Of a DNA stretch of 64,000 bases, positions 27,985 to 37,821 are shown piece after piece (position 1 is the stretch's first letter; each line of letters begins with the position of its first letter). The notes under the pieces are model-generated. The model saw nothing but the letters and a program-made list of their open reading frames with translations, had not been told where the DNA came from and did not search any database. The translations under genes were made by a program, and so were the position numbers. The DNA comes from Candidatus Latescibacterota bacterium (lineage in GTDB: Bacteria > Latescibacterota > UBA2968). The stretch spans positions 6,208,001 to 6,272,000 of the forward strand of contig OZ241986.1 in the NCBI GenBank assembly GCA_965204375.1. Reading direction: 5' to 3'.

Positions 27985-29412
27985 CTAATCCTCCGGTAGG
28001 CCGATCTGAAAAATCGCCATTTTTCCCTTTGCTGTGAGGCGGTATTTCTGATTTGGGCTCCTCGGCGATTCGGGCTGTGTCATTTCAACAAGTCCTGTTG
28101 TCATAACGGGTTGCATATAGTTGTAAAAAAACGTGGGGCGATGATGTAATCCAAGGGCTTTCATTGCCTCGCGTGCGCTCAAGGGTTCATTTTTTAGGCA
28201 GTTCAGGATGCGTTTAGCTTGTTCGGTTACTTGTTCGGTAGCTTGTTCGGGTTCCTTGTGAACCGCGATGTTTTCAAGTAACGGTACGGTAACACGCATC
28301 CGCATACCGATTTCCTCAATACGCAACTCCGACAGCCCCAGTGCTTCAGCCTCGCGAAAGATGCGGGGAATGCCGCTGCCCCATTGTTCAATCAGATTGA
28401 GTTCGCGAAAGATGCGTGCAATGACATGGTTGCGTATTTTAGAGATACCCTGGCGAATATCGTCAAAGGTCAAACCCGGCAGCAATATGCCGGGATTTTC
28501 GACCTCGATTTGATCATCAAAGAAAGCCACCCGAATGGGTGTTCCCTTTTGTGAATAGTCAGCGTGAACGAGCGCGTTAATGACCACTTCGCGCAAAATT
28601 ACAAGGGGAATATTCCAGGTGTCTTTGCGCCGGACTTCAGAGAAATCAGCACCGCGCATGGCGTGCTTTTTGAGAAATAACATGATGCTTTCCACGGCCA
28701 GGGGCAACGGGTCGTGCAGTTCTATATGATCGAAGATATCCGCTTTGTCCCGACCAATGAAACGTCCGCATTGTACCCAGGCATCGGGGAAATGTCTTTC
28801 CCGCTCTTTTCCGACGAGCAAAATCGCGCCTTTTGTCGGCACCTGTCGCCCCTGCTCATTCGTCAATAGCCTCAGAGTGTGCAATTCTCGTTCGCCGAGG
28901 TCGCGCCGATCCTGAAATAGATTTTCCAGTACCCCCAAGTCCAAATCATTAACCGATAACTCGGGCATCGGGAGTTCATCAAAAGCAATCCCTTCTACCG
29001 AGCGGCCCAACTCGGCGATCAATTCCCTATCTGCCACACGATTGGTGGAGCCTAAACGGACATAGACACCGAGATCAGGGCCTTCGGCTTCCAAATAGTG
29101 TGGACGGACTCCGCTCAGAAAAACTTCTACTACAAGCAGAGTTTTGCCATCAACCGTCGTCATTTCGACATTGGGTACCAAACGCGGTCTGATCGAGTCG
29201 GCGATCAAACTACAAAGCCGTTCCTCTTCATCAAGCGGATTTTCTACCCCCACTGGCAAACGAGATATATCATCCACACCGATAATTACCCGCCCACCCG
29301 CTGTATTCGCAAATGCCACCAGAGTTTTCAGCAGATTTTTTGGTGAAGACAAGTCCCGCTTAAATTCCAGCGTCTTACCTTCCCCTTGCTTGATATAATC
29401 AGCAACCGTCAT
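27985..29412 (-). CDS. AlbA_2 (Schlafen-like) + HATPase_c_4 (RecG C-terminal-like) + wHTH protein
   Basis: GEGKTLEFK, AFANTAGG..IIGVDD, LRE.VINALVHADY, RN..IA, EQWGSGI, C-terminal PRSPNQKYRLT. Confidence 0.88.
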   Translation of the reverse strand: MTVADYIKQGEGKTLEFKRDLSSPKNLLKTLVAFANTAGGRVIIGVDDISRLPVGVENPLDEEERLCSLIADSIRPRLVPNVEMTTVDGKTLLVVEVFLSGVRPHYLEAEGPDLGVYVRLGSTNRVADRELIAELGRSVEGIAFDELPMPELSVNDLDLGVLENLFQDRRDLGERELHTLRLLTNEQGRQVPTKGAILLVGKERERHFPDAWVQCGRFIGRDKADIFDHIELHDPLPLAVESIMLFLKKHAMRGADFSEVRRKDTWNIPLVILREVVINALVHADYSQKGTPIRVAFFDDQIEVENPGILLPGLTFDDIRQGISKIRNHVIARIFRELNLIEQWGSGIPRIFREAEALGLSELRIEEIGMRMRVTVPLLENIAVHKEPEQATEQVTEQAKRILNCLKNEPLSAREAMKALGLHHRPTFFYNYMQPVMTTGLVEMTQPESPRSPNQKYRLTAKGKMAIFQIGLPED

Positions 29413-29579
29413 GGCTTCATGGTCTCCCAATAAGTTTACAAATCACATCATCTGTATCAATACTTCGGACAGTTTTTTTTAAAGGTTACAAAAAATCATA
29501 GACAAAAAAGTGCCGTTCACGCAGATTGGATGTCAAAGATATCCAAATCAACGACAATCCAAACAAGTGAGACGGCACA

Positions 29580-30848
29580 ATGGAACTGGCAGAAAAGATA
29601 CTCAATCGGATAAACTTATGCAAACCCCAAAAAAAGTTTCTCATCACGCTTTTTACTACCATACTCATTGCACGAGGCAAAATCAATTTTCGCAACCTTT
29701 CACGTTATTCCCATTACAGTGAGCGCACATACGCACGCCAATTTGACAAATCCTTTAACTTTATGGCGTTCAACCGTGCCATCATCAATGACTGTATAGA
29801 TCAAGATCAAGATCAAGACCAAAATCAAGATCAAGACCAAGACCAAGCACCTGCGCGTATCCTGGCCTTAGATGCCTCTTTTATCCCCAAATCTGGGAAC
29901 AAAACTTATGGCTTAGACTACTTTTTCAATGGCTGTCATTGCAAAACAGAAAAGGGCTTAGAAATCAGTGGGGTGGCACTTGTTGATGTGGAAGAAAACA
30001 CAGCCTATCCTCTTTCGGTTCGACAAACCGCCCCTATCTCTGAGACTGAAAACAGCCAACAAGGTGATGGTGATAGTGATGGTGAAAACCGTATTGACCA
30101 GTATTTACAACACTTACGAGAGATAACACCTTACCTCAACGCGGATGAAACCTATCTGTGTGTGGATGGCTTCTTCTCGAAGAAGAAATTTATTGATGGC
30201 GTGACCTCCCGCCACCTCCACCAAATTGGCAGATTGCGATACGATGCCAACATGCGCTATCTTTATACAGGCCCCAAAAGGGAGAAAGGCTCTGGCAATC
30301 AGAAAACATACGACGGCAAAGTTGATTGGCAGGACTTATCGCGCTTTACCTATCACCACACACAAGACGGCATTGCCTTGTATAGCCAGATACTCAATCA
30401 CCAATGCTTTAAAAGAAATCTCAAAGTCGTTGTCCTACTCAATGAGAAGATCAAGAGCAAGAAAAATTATGTCCTCTTGTTTTCTACCGATCCGCATTTA
30501 GAGGCCCAAAGCGTGGTCACCTATTACAAAGCACGCTTCCAGATTGAATTTATTTTTCGTGATGCCAAACAATTTACTGGCCTATCCGATGCGCAAACCC
30601 GGGATCAAAAACGCCTCGACTTCCATTTTAATGCGTCCTTGACAACGCTGAATCTATCCAAAGCAGAGCACTTGAAAACCCAGTCAGATACCCCGACAAA
30701 GCCTTTTTCGATGACCAGCATAAAAGCCTGTTATTTCAACACTTTTTTCCTTGAAAAGTTTTTTTCAATGTTTGATCTTGACCCTAAGCACATAAAAAAA
30801 TCACCCAAATACAAATATCTTATCAATTATGGCAATATTGCCGCTTAA
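29580..30848 (+). CDS. DDE transposase
   Basis: LALDASFIPKSG, VDGFF and Y..RFQIEFIFRDAKQ (YREK-type) motifs. Confidence 0.92.
   Translation: MELAEKILNRINLCKPQKKFLITLFTTILIARGKINFRNLSRYSHYSERTYARQFDKSFNFMAFNRAIINDCIDQDQDQDQNQDQDQDQAPARILALDASFIPKSGNKTYGLDYFFNGCHCKTEKGLEISGVALVDVEENTAYPLSVRQTAPISETENSQQGDGDSDGENRIDQYLQHLREITPYLNADETYLCVDGFFSKKKFIDGVTSRHLHQIGRLRYDANMRYLYTGPKREKGSGNQKTYDGKVDWQDLSRFTYHHTQDGIALYSQILNHQCFKRNLKVVVLLNEKIKSKKNYVLLFSTDPHLEAQSVVTYYKARFQIEFIFRDAKQFTGLSDAQTRDQKRLDFHFNASLTTLNLSKAEHLKTQSDTPTKPFSMTSIKACYFNTFFLEKFFSMFDLDPKHIKKSPKYKYLINYGNIAA
29799..29846 (+). repeat. Hexamer microsatellite (GAYCAA)x8 inside the transposase
   Basis: Encodes DQDQDQDQNQDQDQDQ. Confidence 0.9.
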
Positions 30849-31077
30849 TTCTGTCCGAACCATTGCTGTATAATACTGAAAATAGTAAGCACAAGTAAAT
30901 ATATCCAAACCCAGTTGGAAAGTAAACAACCCATACTTTTGTCCAGATAATAACATTTGACAATATCTCGCGGCATCCTTGCCGCGATCAGGTCGGGAAG
31001 CGGAGTACAACTGCGCCAGCAGTTCAAAGGATTTCCCTCCTACGTGATATTTACAAATTTCTAATCCGTTGGATGAG

Positions 31078-31310
31078 TCCGGAGATACACATTGTGTCTC
31101 CGGATTTTTTTGTGCCTGCTGTGCAATACGGGGTTTGCAGGTGCAATATTTAGTTTGCACTGTTTGGGCGTTTTTGGGGGTGGATAACAGGGAAAATGGC
31201 CTTTTTCGGGGGTAAAATGGTTTTGGCACGGGATTTGCATATATCGGGAGTGAACAAAACGCAGGGGCGAAAAATCTTTCGCCCGAATCCCGTAGAGGCG
31301 ATCCCACAGG
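31078..31310 (+). repeat. Second copy of the terminator-enhancer-sigma-54 promoter module
   Basis: Near-identical to 20951-21170, with one short indel. Confidence 0.92.
31224..31239 (+). promoter_or_regulatory. Sigma-54 (-24/-12) promoter, copy 2
   Basis: TGGCAC-GGGAT-TTGCA about 100 bp upstream of the 31341 start. Confidence 0.85.
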
Positions 31311-31340
31311 GTCGCCCAAACCTTTCAGAAGGAGGTAGAG

Positions 31341-31988
31341 ATGTCAACGCTTACATCGACGTTTGCGACCGCGTTTCCAGGTCAGGTTGCCAATTTGATT
31401 ACCGCGGCTCGAGTCGTGCTTCTGTTTCTGGCGACGGCTTTTGCCGTATCTGGAGATGTGATGCTGGCCTGGGTTGCGGTGCCGCTTGCTTTTGTTGCGC
31501 TGGTGATGGATTGGTTGGATGGGTATCTCGCGCGGCGGTTGGGTTGCGAGAGTAAGGTCGGGGGGGTGCTGGATATTGTGGGGGATCGGATTGCGGAAAA
31601 TGTGTGGTGGGTGGTGTTTGCGTGGTTGCATGTCATTCCGCTTTGGGTGCCGATTGTGGTGCTCAGCAGGGGTTTTGTGACGGATGCGATTCGCAGTTGT
31701 GCCTTGACTAAGGGCTTCACGGCGTTTGGCGAGTCAACGATGATGAAGTCGCGGATTGGGTTCGCGCTGGTTGCTTCGCGCGTGAGCCGGGCGACGTACG
31801 GGACTTCCAAGGTGGTCGCGTTTGTGCTGTTGTTCAGCCTGAATGCGGCGCAACTGATGCCGGGTTTGACGCCTGCATTTTTATCCGGGCTTGAGATGTT
31901 TGCTTTGATGGCGACGTATCTGACGGCCGCGCTCTGTGTTATTCGCGCGATTCCAGTTGTTACGGCTGCTAAACGGGTTGTTGTATAA
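31341..31988 (+). CDS. CDP-alcohol phosphatidyltransferase family protein (PgsA-like)
   Basis: ANLIT..R; D.LDGYLARR..C.S..G..LD..GD signature; strong RBS AAGGAGG. Confidence 0.92.
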   Translation: MSTLTSTFATAFPGQVANLITAARVVLLFLATAFAVSGDVMLAWVAVPLAFVALVMDWLDGYLARRLGCESKVGGVLDIVGDRIAENVWWVVFAWLHVIPLWVPIVVLSRGFVTDAIRSCALTKGFTAFGESTMMKSRIGFALVASRVSRATYGTSKVVAFVLLFSLNAAQLMPGLTPAFLSGLEMFALMATYLTAALCVIRAIPVVTAAKRVVV

Positions 31989-32143
31989 GATTACTCCTCC
32001 CTACCCCCTGTGTTCATCCGTGTTAATCGGGGGTTGCATTTTGGGGTAGGGCGGGGTTCGTCTATTCGTTGATGAACTGGCCTGAGAGGCGGCCAGTTGT
32101 ACACCGTTCCGTTGATTCGTTGATTCGCTTTTCGGAGGATGGC

Positions 32144-33148
32144 ATGAAACGGGAAACGCATATTTTGCTTTGTCTGATCGGGTTTGCCGGTCTGGGTGTG
32201 CTTTTGTATCAGCTCAGCACTCCAGAGGTGTGGCAGCATGTTTTGATGATGGGCTGGGGCTATGTACCGGTGATCGGCCTGTCGCTGGTGGTATTTGTTC
32301 ATCATGCGTGGATATGGCGGGCGTGCTTTGATCGCGGGTCGGAAAGGCCGCGTTTGAGACAGTTGCTGTGGGTGCAGTTGGCTGGCGAGGCAGTGGGCAA
32401 TGTGGCGCCAGCATCGCAGGTTGGTAAGGAGGTCGGCAAGGCGATTGTGCTGAGAGACAAGATGTGCGTTTCCCGCGGGGTGTCATCGCTGGTGGTCAAT
32501 AAGACGGGTGAGATGATTGGTGGGGTGATTTTTGTGATCGGTGGCGTTGTGCTGGGTTTGCAGCGGTTTTCGTGGCCGGCTGAGGTGCGAGGCGCTCTGA
32601 TCGCTGTTCTGGCGTTGTCTGTTCTGGGGGTTGTTTGGACTGTTTTCAGGCAACGCCGGAGTCCCTTTGCCCGGTTTTTGAATTTGATGCTGTGGTTGCG
32701 GCTCAGGTTTTTGGAGCGGTTCCGCGATCGCGCAGTGGAGATTGACGAGAATTTGGCTCAGTTTTATCGGCTGAATAGGTGGCGTTTGGTGGGTTTGCTG
32801 ATGCTCCATGTGTTGGGCTGGTTTCTGGGTACGCTGGAGATCTATGTGATTCTTCATGTGCTCGGCGAACCGATGCCGTTTGTTTGGGTATATCTGTTCC
32901 ACGCGCTGATGGTCGTGATTAATGCGGCGTTCTTTTTTGTTCCGCTCGGGATGGGCGTTTTTGAAGGCGGGCATGTGTTTCTGTTTCATTTGATGGGTTT
33001 GGATCCAAAGATGGGGTTGGCTGTGGGTATTATTCGGCGGGTTCGGAGGCTTTTCTGGATGCAGGTGGGTCTAACTTTGCTGCTGATCGGATCGCGAGGC
33101 AAGCAGGCTGATGCGGTCCAGAAAAATGATCGCCTTCAGCAGGTGTAG
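32144..33148 (+). CDS. Lysylphosphatidylglycerol-synthase TM / flippase-like membrane protein (UPF0104)
   Basis: About 8 TM helices; GEAVGNVAP..VG.E, P.GMGVFEG and terminal R.R..FW motifs. Confidence 0.8.
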   Translation: MKRETHILLCLIGFAGLGVLLYQLSTPEVWQHVLMMGWGYVPVIGLSLVVFVHHAWIWRACFDRGSERPRLRQLLWVQLAGEAVGNVAPASQVGKEVGKAIVLRDKMCVSRGVSSLVVNKTGEMIGGVIFVIGGVVLGLQRFSWPAEVRGALIAVLALSVLGVVWTVFRQRRSPFARFLNLMLWLRLRFLERFRDRAVEIDENLAQFYRLNRWRLVGLLMLHVLGWFLGTLEIYVILHVLGEPMPFVWVYLFHALMVVINAAFFFVPLGMGVFEGGHVFLFHLMGLDPKMGLAVGIIRRVRRLFWMQVGLTLLLIGSRGKQADAVQKNDRLQQV

Positions 33149-33208
33149 ATGTAGTGCATCATGCATGACAGACGTTCGTCAACGAATAATTAAAAAAAGG
33201 AGAAAATA

Positions 33209-33733
33209 ATGACACGCTCGATTTCTTGCCTGATCTGTATCCTTTTGAGTGTAACCTTCAGTTTTCCGGTTCAGGCAAAAAAGACTGACCTCACCAAGAG
33301 TTATGGTATTGGACTTCAGGGGGCTACACCCACATTTGGTGGCATTAGTTTTCGCTATAACAGACTGGCACCGGTATATCTTCAAACCGTTGGACGTTTC
33401 ATTCTCAATGGTCAGGATAGCGACCATATGTTAGGCGCTGGCGTTTCGTATGCCATATTCGAGCATCAAAGCCGGTGGAATATATCCCGACTTCATTTCA
33501 CTCTCGAAGGTGGCTGGCAACAGAAAGAGGAGGGTCTCCGCGAGGAGACTGTCAAAACCACGACGCTGGCAACTGGACTTGCCTTTGGAGGCGAGCTTGT
33601 GTTTTCACTTGGGGGGATTCCTCTCGGTTTGAACGTGGAGATCGGTCAAGGGTTTGGTAGGGAAAAAATAAGCTCTCAATCTAAGGGTCTCGCTGGCGTT
33701 TATGCAGGAGGAGGCATCCATGCCTATTTTTAG
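33209..33733 (+). CDS. Small outer-membrane beta-barrel protein
   Basis: Signal peptide; alternating Gly/hydrophobic strands; C-terminal GVYAGGGIHAYF. Confidence 0.7.
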   Translation: MTRSISCLICILLSVTFSFPVQAKKTDLTKSYGIGLQGATPTFGGISFRYNRLAPVYLQTVGRFILNGQDSDHMLGAGVSYAIFEHQSRWNISRLHFTLEGGWQQKEEGLREETVKTTTLATGLAFGGELVFSLGGIPLGLNVEIGQGFGREKISSQSKGLAGVYAGGGIHAYF

Positions 33734-34550
33734 GTCTCTTTCTATTGTTATGGTTGCGGCAATCCTGCTCAATGCGATGGCCCCTACGCTCGCACATGCG
33801 GCCAAATACTTGCAAGATTCAGAGGTCAATTCCAATACGCTGGTTCGGGATGCTTATGTGCAAGTCACTTATTACGATAGCAATGGAGAACAGAAATTGG
33901 CAAAGGGATGGATTGATGCGATTGACGAGACCACATTTGAGATTCGAAGCAGAGCAATTTTCGGCAAGACGACCATTGCCTATGACAAAGTCGTGTCAAT
34001 GATCATGAGCGCAGAAACGGATAATCGAACGCAACAAATGAGGGAAGTGGAACAGTTTATTCGAGAAGAACAAAAAAGAAAGATAGAGCAGGCAATATCA
34101 GAGCGGACAGAGAACAGACCCAGACGGATTCTCGGCAAGTTGGGCGTTGGCCTTCTTGGAGGTCTTCTTGGAGGGAGTGTGGGGGGCGCAATAGGGGCGA
34201 ATATCAATGAAAATATCTGCGAAGATTCAAGTGATATTTGTATAGATGATGAAGTCGCACTGGGCCTGGCGGGTGGCTATTTGATCGGCGTGGCCTTGAG
34301 TGTGAGTTGGGCAGATTCTAACGATCGGTTTATCGGTGCATTGGGAGGCACCCTGATAGGGGTCGCAACGGGGATTGCACTGACTAACACCACAGAGGAT
34401 CTCTGGCCGTCTATTCTTATCTGCCCGATTATCGGGGCTACGATTATGTCCGAGCTTACGCGGAAGCCTCCTGAATCCCACCGTTTCTCTGTGGGTTTGG
34501 CACCTAATTCCGATGGGAAATTATCAGCGATTGCAACGCTTCGATTTTAA
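33720..34550 (+). CDS. Family X member 3 (single N-module, extended Gly-rich helices, variant tail)
   Basis: AKYLQDSEVNSNTL module; about 4 Gly-zipper helices; ends FSVGLAPNSDGKLSAIATLRF. Confidence 0.8.
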   Translation: MPIFRSLSIVMVAAILLNAMAPTLAHAAKYLQDSEVNSNTLVRDAYVQVTYYDSNGEQKLAKGWIDAIDETTFEIRSRAIFGKTTIAYDKVVSMIMSAETDNRTQQMREVEQFIREEQKRKIEQAISERTENRPRRILGKLGVGLLGGLLGGSVGGAIGANINENICEDSSDICIDDEVALGLAGGYLIGVALSVSWADSNDRFIGALGGTLIGVATGIALTNTTEDLWPSILICPIIGATIMSELTRKPPESHRFSVGLAPNSDGKLSAIATLRF

Positions 34551-34587
34551 GTACCTGCCAGTGCATTCGTCTCAAAAGGAGAAACAC

Positions 34588-35679
34588 ATGAAAAAATTAA
34601 CTGCTGTCTTTGTAATCGCAGTCATCCTGCTCACCGCGATGGCTCCTACCCTCGCGTATGCAGCCACATACCTGCAAGGCGCACAGGTCAATGCCAATAC
34701 GCTGACGCAAAATGCCTATGTTGCAGTCACATATTACGATAGCAAAGGCAAACAGAAATTGGAGAAGGGGTGGATTGATGCTATTGGTGAGACCACATTT
34801 CGGATTCGAAGCGGAGCACTTTTTGGGAAGAAGGCCATCGCTTACGACAAAGTAGTGTCGGTGATCATGAGCGAGGAAGTAACCTCACGAGAAAAGCAAA
34901 TCAATGAGGTGGACCGGTTTATACGAGAGATGGAAAAACAAGAGGCGAGAGTGTTAGAGATAGAGCAGGCCATCCAGAAATTCAATCAGACCATCACGGT
35001 CATGGACCGCGGGCAACTCGACTTGTCAAAAATCCCAAAAGGATGGTATATCCACATCGTCTATACATCAAAAGGTGTAAAAGGAACTGCAACCGTACGT
35101 AGTGTAGAGATAGATTCAAGTCATATCTCGATCAAAGAAGGATTGCTGAAGACCAGAAAAATAGCATACAACGATATTGATACGCTCCTTATTGCCAAAA
35201 GTTGGCGCGACATAGAACGCTATAAAAAGATCGGTGCAACATACGATGTCAAGGTGCGTGTGCAGGCTCCTCCAATCTCAAAAAAGCGGATGGATGGCAG
35301 GCTCATTAAAATGACACAAGACACACTCGTTATCCAGCGAGGCCGTAGATTTTATCAGGTGCCCCTTTCTTCAATCTCGAATTTGGAAGTACCCATCAAA
35401 GGTTCGAGAAATACAGGCAAAGGAATGTTAATAGGACTGGGGCTGGGACTTGCTATTTTTTTGCCTTTCTACATACCAGCCGAATCCGGCTCTTGGGATG
35501 AGTTCGGAGCGTTATTGATTGGAATGGGCATATCTATCCCTGTTTGTGCTCTCTCCACGCTGATTGGCGCGATGACCAAATCCGACAAATGGGTTGAGGT
35601 GCCGCCGCATCGCCTCAACCTGAGCCTTGCGCCCACAGCCACAAAAGGGCTTCGCGCTGCGCTCACGTTTAATTTTTGA
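34588..35679 (+). CDS. Family X member 4
   Basis: Conserved N-module and KSDKWVEVPPHRLNLSLAPTATKGLRAALTFNF tail. Confidence 0.85.
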   Translation: MKKLTAVFVIAVILLTAMAPTLAYAATYLQGAQVNANTLTQNAYVAVTYYDSKGKQKLEKGWIDAIGETTFRIRSGALFGKKAIAYDKVVSVIMSEEVTSREKQINEVDRFIREMEKQEARVLEIEQAIQKFNQTITVMDRGQLDLSKIPKGWYIHIVYTSKGVKGTATVRSVEIDSSHISIKEGLLKTRKIAYNDIDTLLIAKSWRDIERYKKIGATYDVKVRVQAPPISKKRMDGRLIKMTQDTLVIQRGRRFYQVPLSSISNLEVPIKGSRNTGKGMLIGLGLGLAIFLPFYIPAESGSWDEFGALLIGMGISIPVCALSTLIGAMTKSDKWVEVPPHRLNLSLAPTATKGLRAALTFNF

Positions 35680-35710
35680 TATGCAATAGCACCTTTAAGA
35701 GGATAATCCC

Positions 35711-35857
35711 ATGCACCCAGAGCACAATATCCGTCAAGCCGTTGCGATCTTTGTCACCGCGACCTTTCTACTCAACACAATGGCTCCGACGCTTGCACAC
35801 GTAGCTATAGACCTGCAAGGCGCACAGGTCAATGCCAATACGCGCTATCTGCGATAA
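35711..35857 (+). pseudogene. Truncated family X gene
   Basis: MHPEHNIRQAVAIFVTATFLLNTMAPTLAHVAIDLQGAQVNANT then loss of homology into an IS-end remnant. Confidence 0.8.
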
Positions 35858-35884
35858 AACAAAAAATCCTCTCAATATTATATT

Positions 35885-35928
35885 CTCTCTTATAGCAAAA
35901 TTGCGGCCTGATTCTGTTCAAATTATTG
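35885..35928 (+). mobile_element. Remnant right end of a related IS
   Basis: Encodes LSYSKIAA* (transposase ends INYGNIAA*) followed by TIR-like ctgttcaaattattg. Confidence 0.65.
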
Positions 35929-35984
35929 AATATAAATTACATAAAAAAATATTTGAAAACCCGCGGGAATGATATATTTTATTT

Positions 35985-36177
35985 TTGTCAACAGTCAAGC
36001 AGGTCCCGTTATGTCGGGTATCTGCTGAATACAATAGCCGAGTATAGACATGGACTGATCCCCCATGTCTCGGTAAATAGGTAGGACATTCCCGCATTTC
36101 TATTCCTGCGTGACTGTTGACAATGCCCGACACCCCTTTTTTGGGGTGTCGCAACACGCAGTTGTCAACCAGTCACA
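35985..36177 (+). ncRNA. Candidate structured leader RNA / switch, copy 2
   Basis: Arms at 35985-36003, 36105-36123 and 36162-36176; core identical to copy 1. Confidence 0.5.
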
Positions 36178-36247
36178 CTGCGCCTTGCGTAGATGAGGAA
36201 CGAAATGCGATTTTTTTTGTACGGCAGCAAATGAAAAGGAGAAATCC

Positions 36248-37777
36248 ATGCAGGTCGAATACAACGCGAGTAGAGCCATCGCCATCCTGGTCACTACAGC
36301 CCTCTTGTTCAATGCGATGATGCCAACACTCGCACACGCAGCCACATATCTACAAGGCGCAGAGGTCAATGCCAATACGCTCATTCGAGATGCTTATGTG
36401 CAAGTCACCTATTACGATAGCAATGCAGAACAGAAATTGGCGAAGGGATGGATTGATACTATTGGTAAAACTTCGTTCACAATCCGAGAAGGAGGATTCA
36501 GAGACAAGAAGACCATTGCCTACGACAAAGTGCTGTCAGTGATCATGAGCGACGAATCAACTGTGCCAGCGAAGCAGATGAATGAGGTGAATCGGTTTAT
36601 TCGAGAGATGAGAAAAAGAGAGATAGAGCAAAATAAAAAAGAGAAAGAAGCAAAAGAAGCGCAGACTGTCATCATGTCACAGGGGCAGATTGATCTTTCA
36701 AAGATTATGAAGGGATGGTATGCCCATGTGGTCTATACATCAGAAGGTGTGCAAGAAACTACAACCGGAAAAATTATCAGGCAAGATTCTGTGCATATTG
36801 TGATCAGAGTGCAAGAGGAGCGCGCATTGAGAATTTTGAAAACAATAGCATATAAGGACATCGATACCCTCGTTATCGCCCAACACGCGCAGAGTATTGA
36901 AGCATGGAAAAATGCAAAACAGATCCAAAGATACCTTGAAAATGGATACAATATCCAAGTGCTTGTCCAGGCCTCTTCAATCTGGGAGAATCGGGTGGTT
37001 GGCAGACTCGTCAAAATGACACCGGACACACTCGTTATCTCAGGAGGAGGCACATTTTTTCAAGTACCTGTGTCTTCGATCTCCAATTTTGAAGTGAACA
37101 TTGGACAGCATAGAAACACGGGAAAAGGCACAGATTATATCTTAATTAGAGTTGAGGATAAAGCATTGAAATCTTGGAAAACAATAGCATACCGTGACGT
37201 GGATACCCTCGTTATTACCCAACACACACGAGATATTGAAGGATGGGGAAATGTACGACAGACCCAAGGACACAGGGAACAATCTACGCAACAACTCTCT
37301 GAAGGAGAACCCAGAGTGCGTGTTTATGCGCCTTCAATTCGGAAGGGATGGATGGTCGGCAAGTTGGTTAAAAAGACGCAAGATACACTCGTTGTCCGTG
37401 GAGAACTTACACTTTATGGACGTAGATTTTATCAGGTGCCTCTTTCTTCAATCTCCTATCTCGAGGTCAGTGCTGGAAAGTATAGAAATACATTCAATGG
37501 CATGAAAATCGGACTGTACATTAGTCTCGGAGTTGCTGCAATATTGGCTGTGTCTGCTGTAACTTCGGAATCCGAAGCAGCCCTTATACTCTCAGATGTG
37601 GAGACTACGAGTCTTTTTCTATTTTTCGTGTCGCTACCTATTACTACCGTTGCGACTATAATTGGTACGCTGATCAAATCTGACAAATGGGTCGGGGTAT
37701 CTCCTGATCGCCTCAACCTGAGCGTTGCACCCACATCCACAAAAGGGCTTCGCGCCGCGCTCACGTTTAATTTTTAA
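36248..37777 (+). CDS. Family X member 5 (internally duplicated/chimeric)
   Basis: Module order A-B-C-partial B-C, then hairpin and tail. Confidence 0.85.
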   Translation: MQVEYNASRAIAILVTTALLFNAMMPTLAHAATYLQGAEVNANTLIRDAYVQVTYYDSNAEQKLAKGWIDTIGKTSFTIREGGFRDKKTIAYDKVLSVIMSDESTVPAKQMNEVNRFIREMRKREIEQNKKEKEAKEAQTVIMSQGQIDLSKIMKGWYAHVVYTSEGVQETTTGKIIRQDSVHIVIRVQEERALRILKTIAYKDIDTLVIAQHAQSIEAWKNAKQIQRYLENGYNIQVLVQASSIWENRVVGRLVKMTPDTLVISGGGTFFQVPVSSISNFEVNIGQHRNTGKGTDYILIRVEDKALKSWKTIAYRDVDTLVITQHTRDIEGWGNVRQTQGHREQSTQQLSEGEPRVRVYAPSIRKGWMVGKLVKKTQDTLVVRGELTLYGRRFYQVPLSSISYLEVSAGKYRNTFNGMKIGLYISLGVAAILAVSAVTSESEAALILSDVETTSLFLFFVSLPITTVATIIGTLIKSDKWVGVSPDRLNLSVAPTSTKGLRAALTFNF

Positions 37778-37821
37778 TGACCGCTCTTTTGACAAATACC
37801 AATTGTGCAAGGTGAACGATT

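Larger units (their letters stand above)
29458..30865 (+). mobile_element. Complete insertion sequence (DDE, IS4/IS701-like)
   Basis: TIRs caatacttcggacag (29458-29472) and ctgtccgaaccattg (30851-30865), 13/15 match; 6-bp TSD CTGTAT at 29452-29457 and 30866-30871. Confidence 0.9.

Noticed and set aside
30866-31070. Possible minus-strand gene interrupted by the IS
   Set aside because: An open frame exists, but I found no recognisable motif or convincing start.
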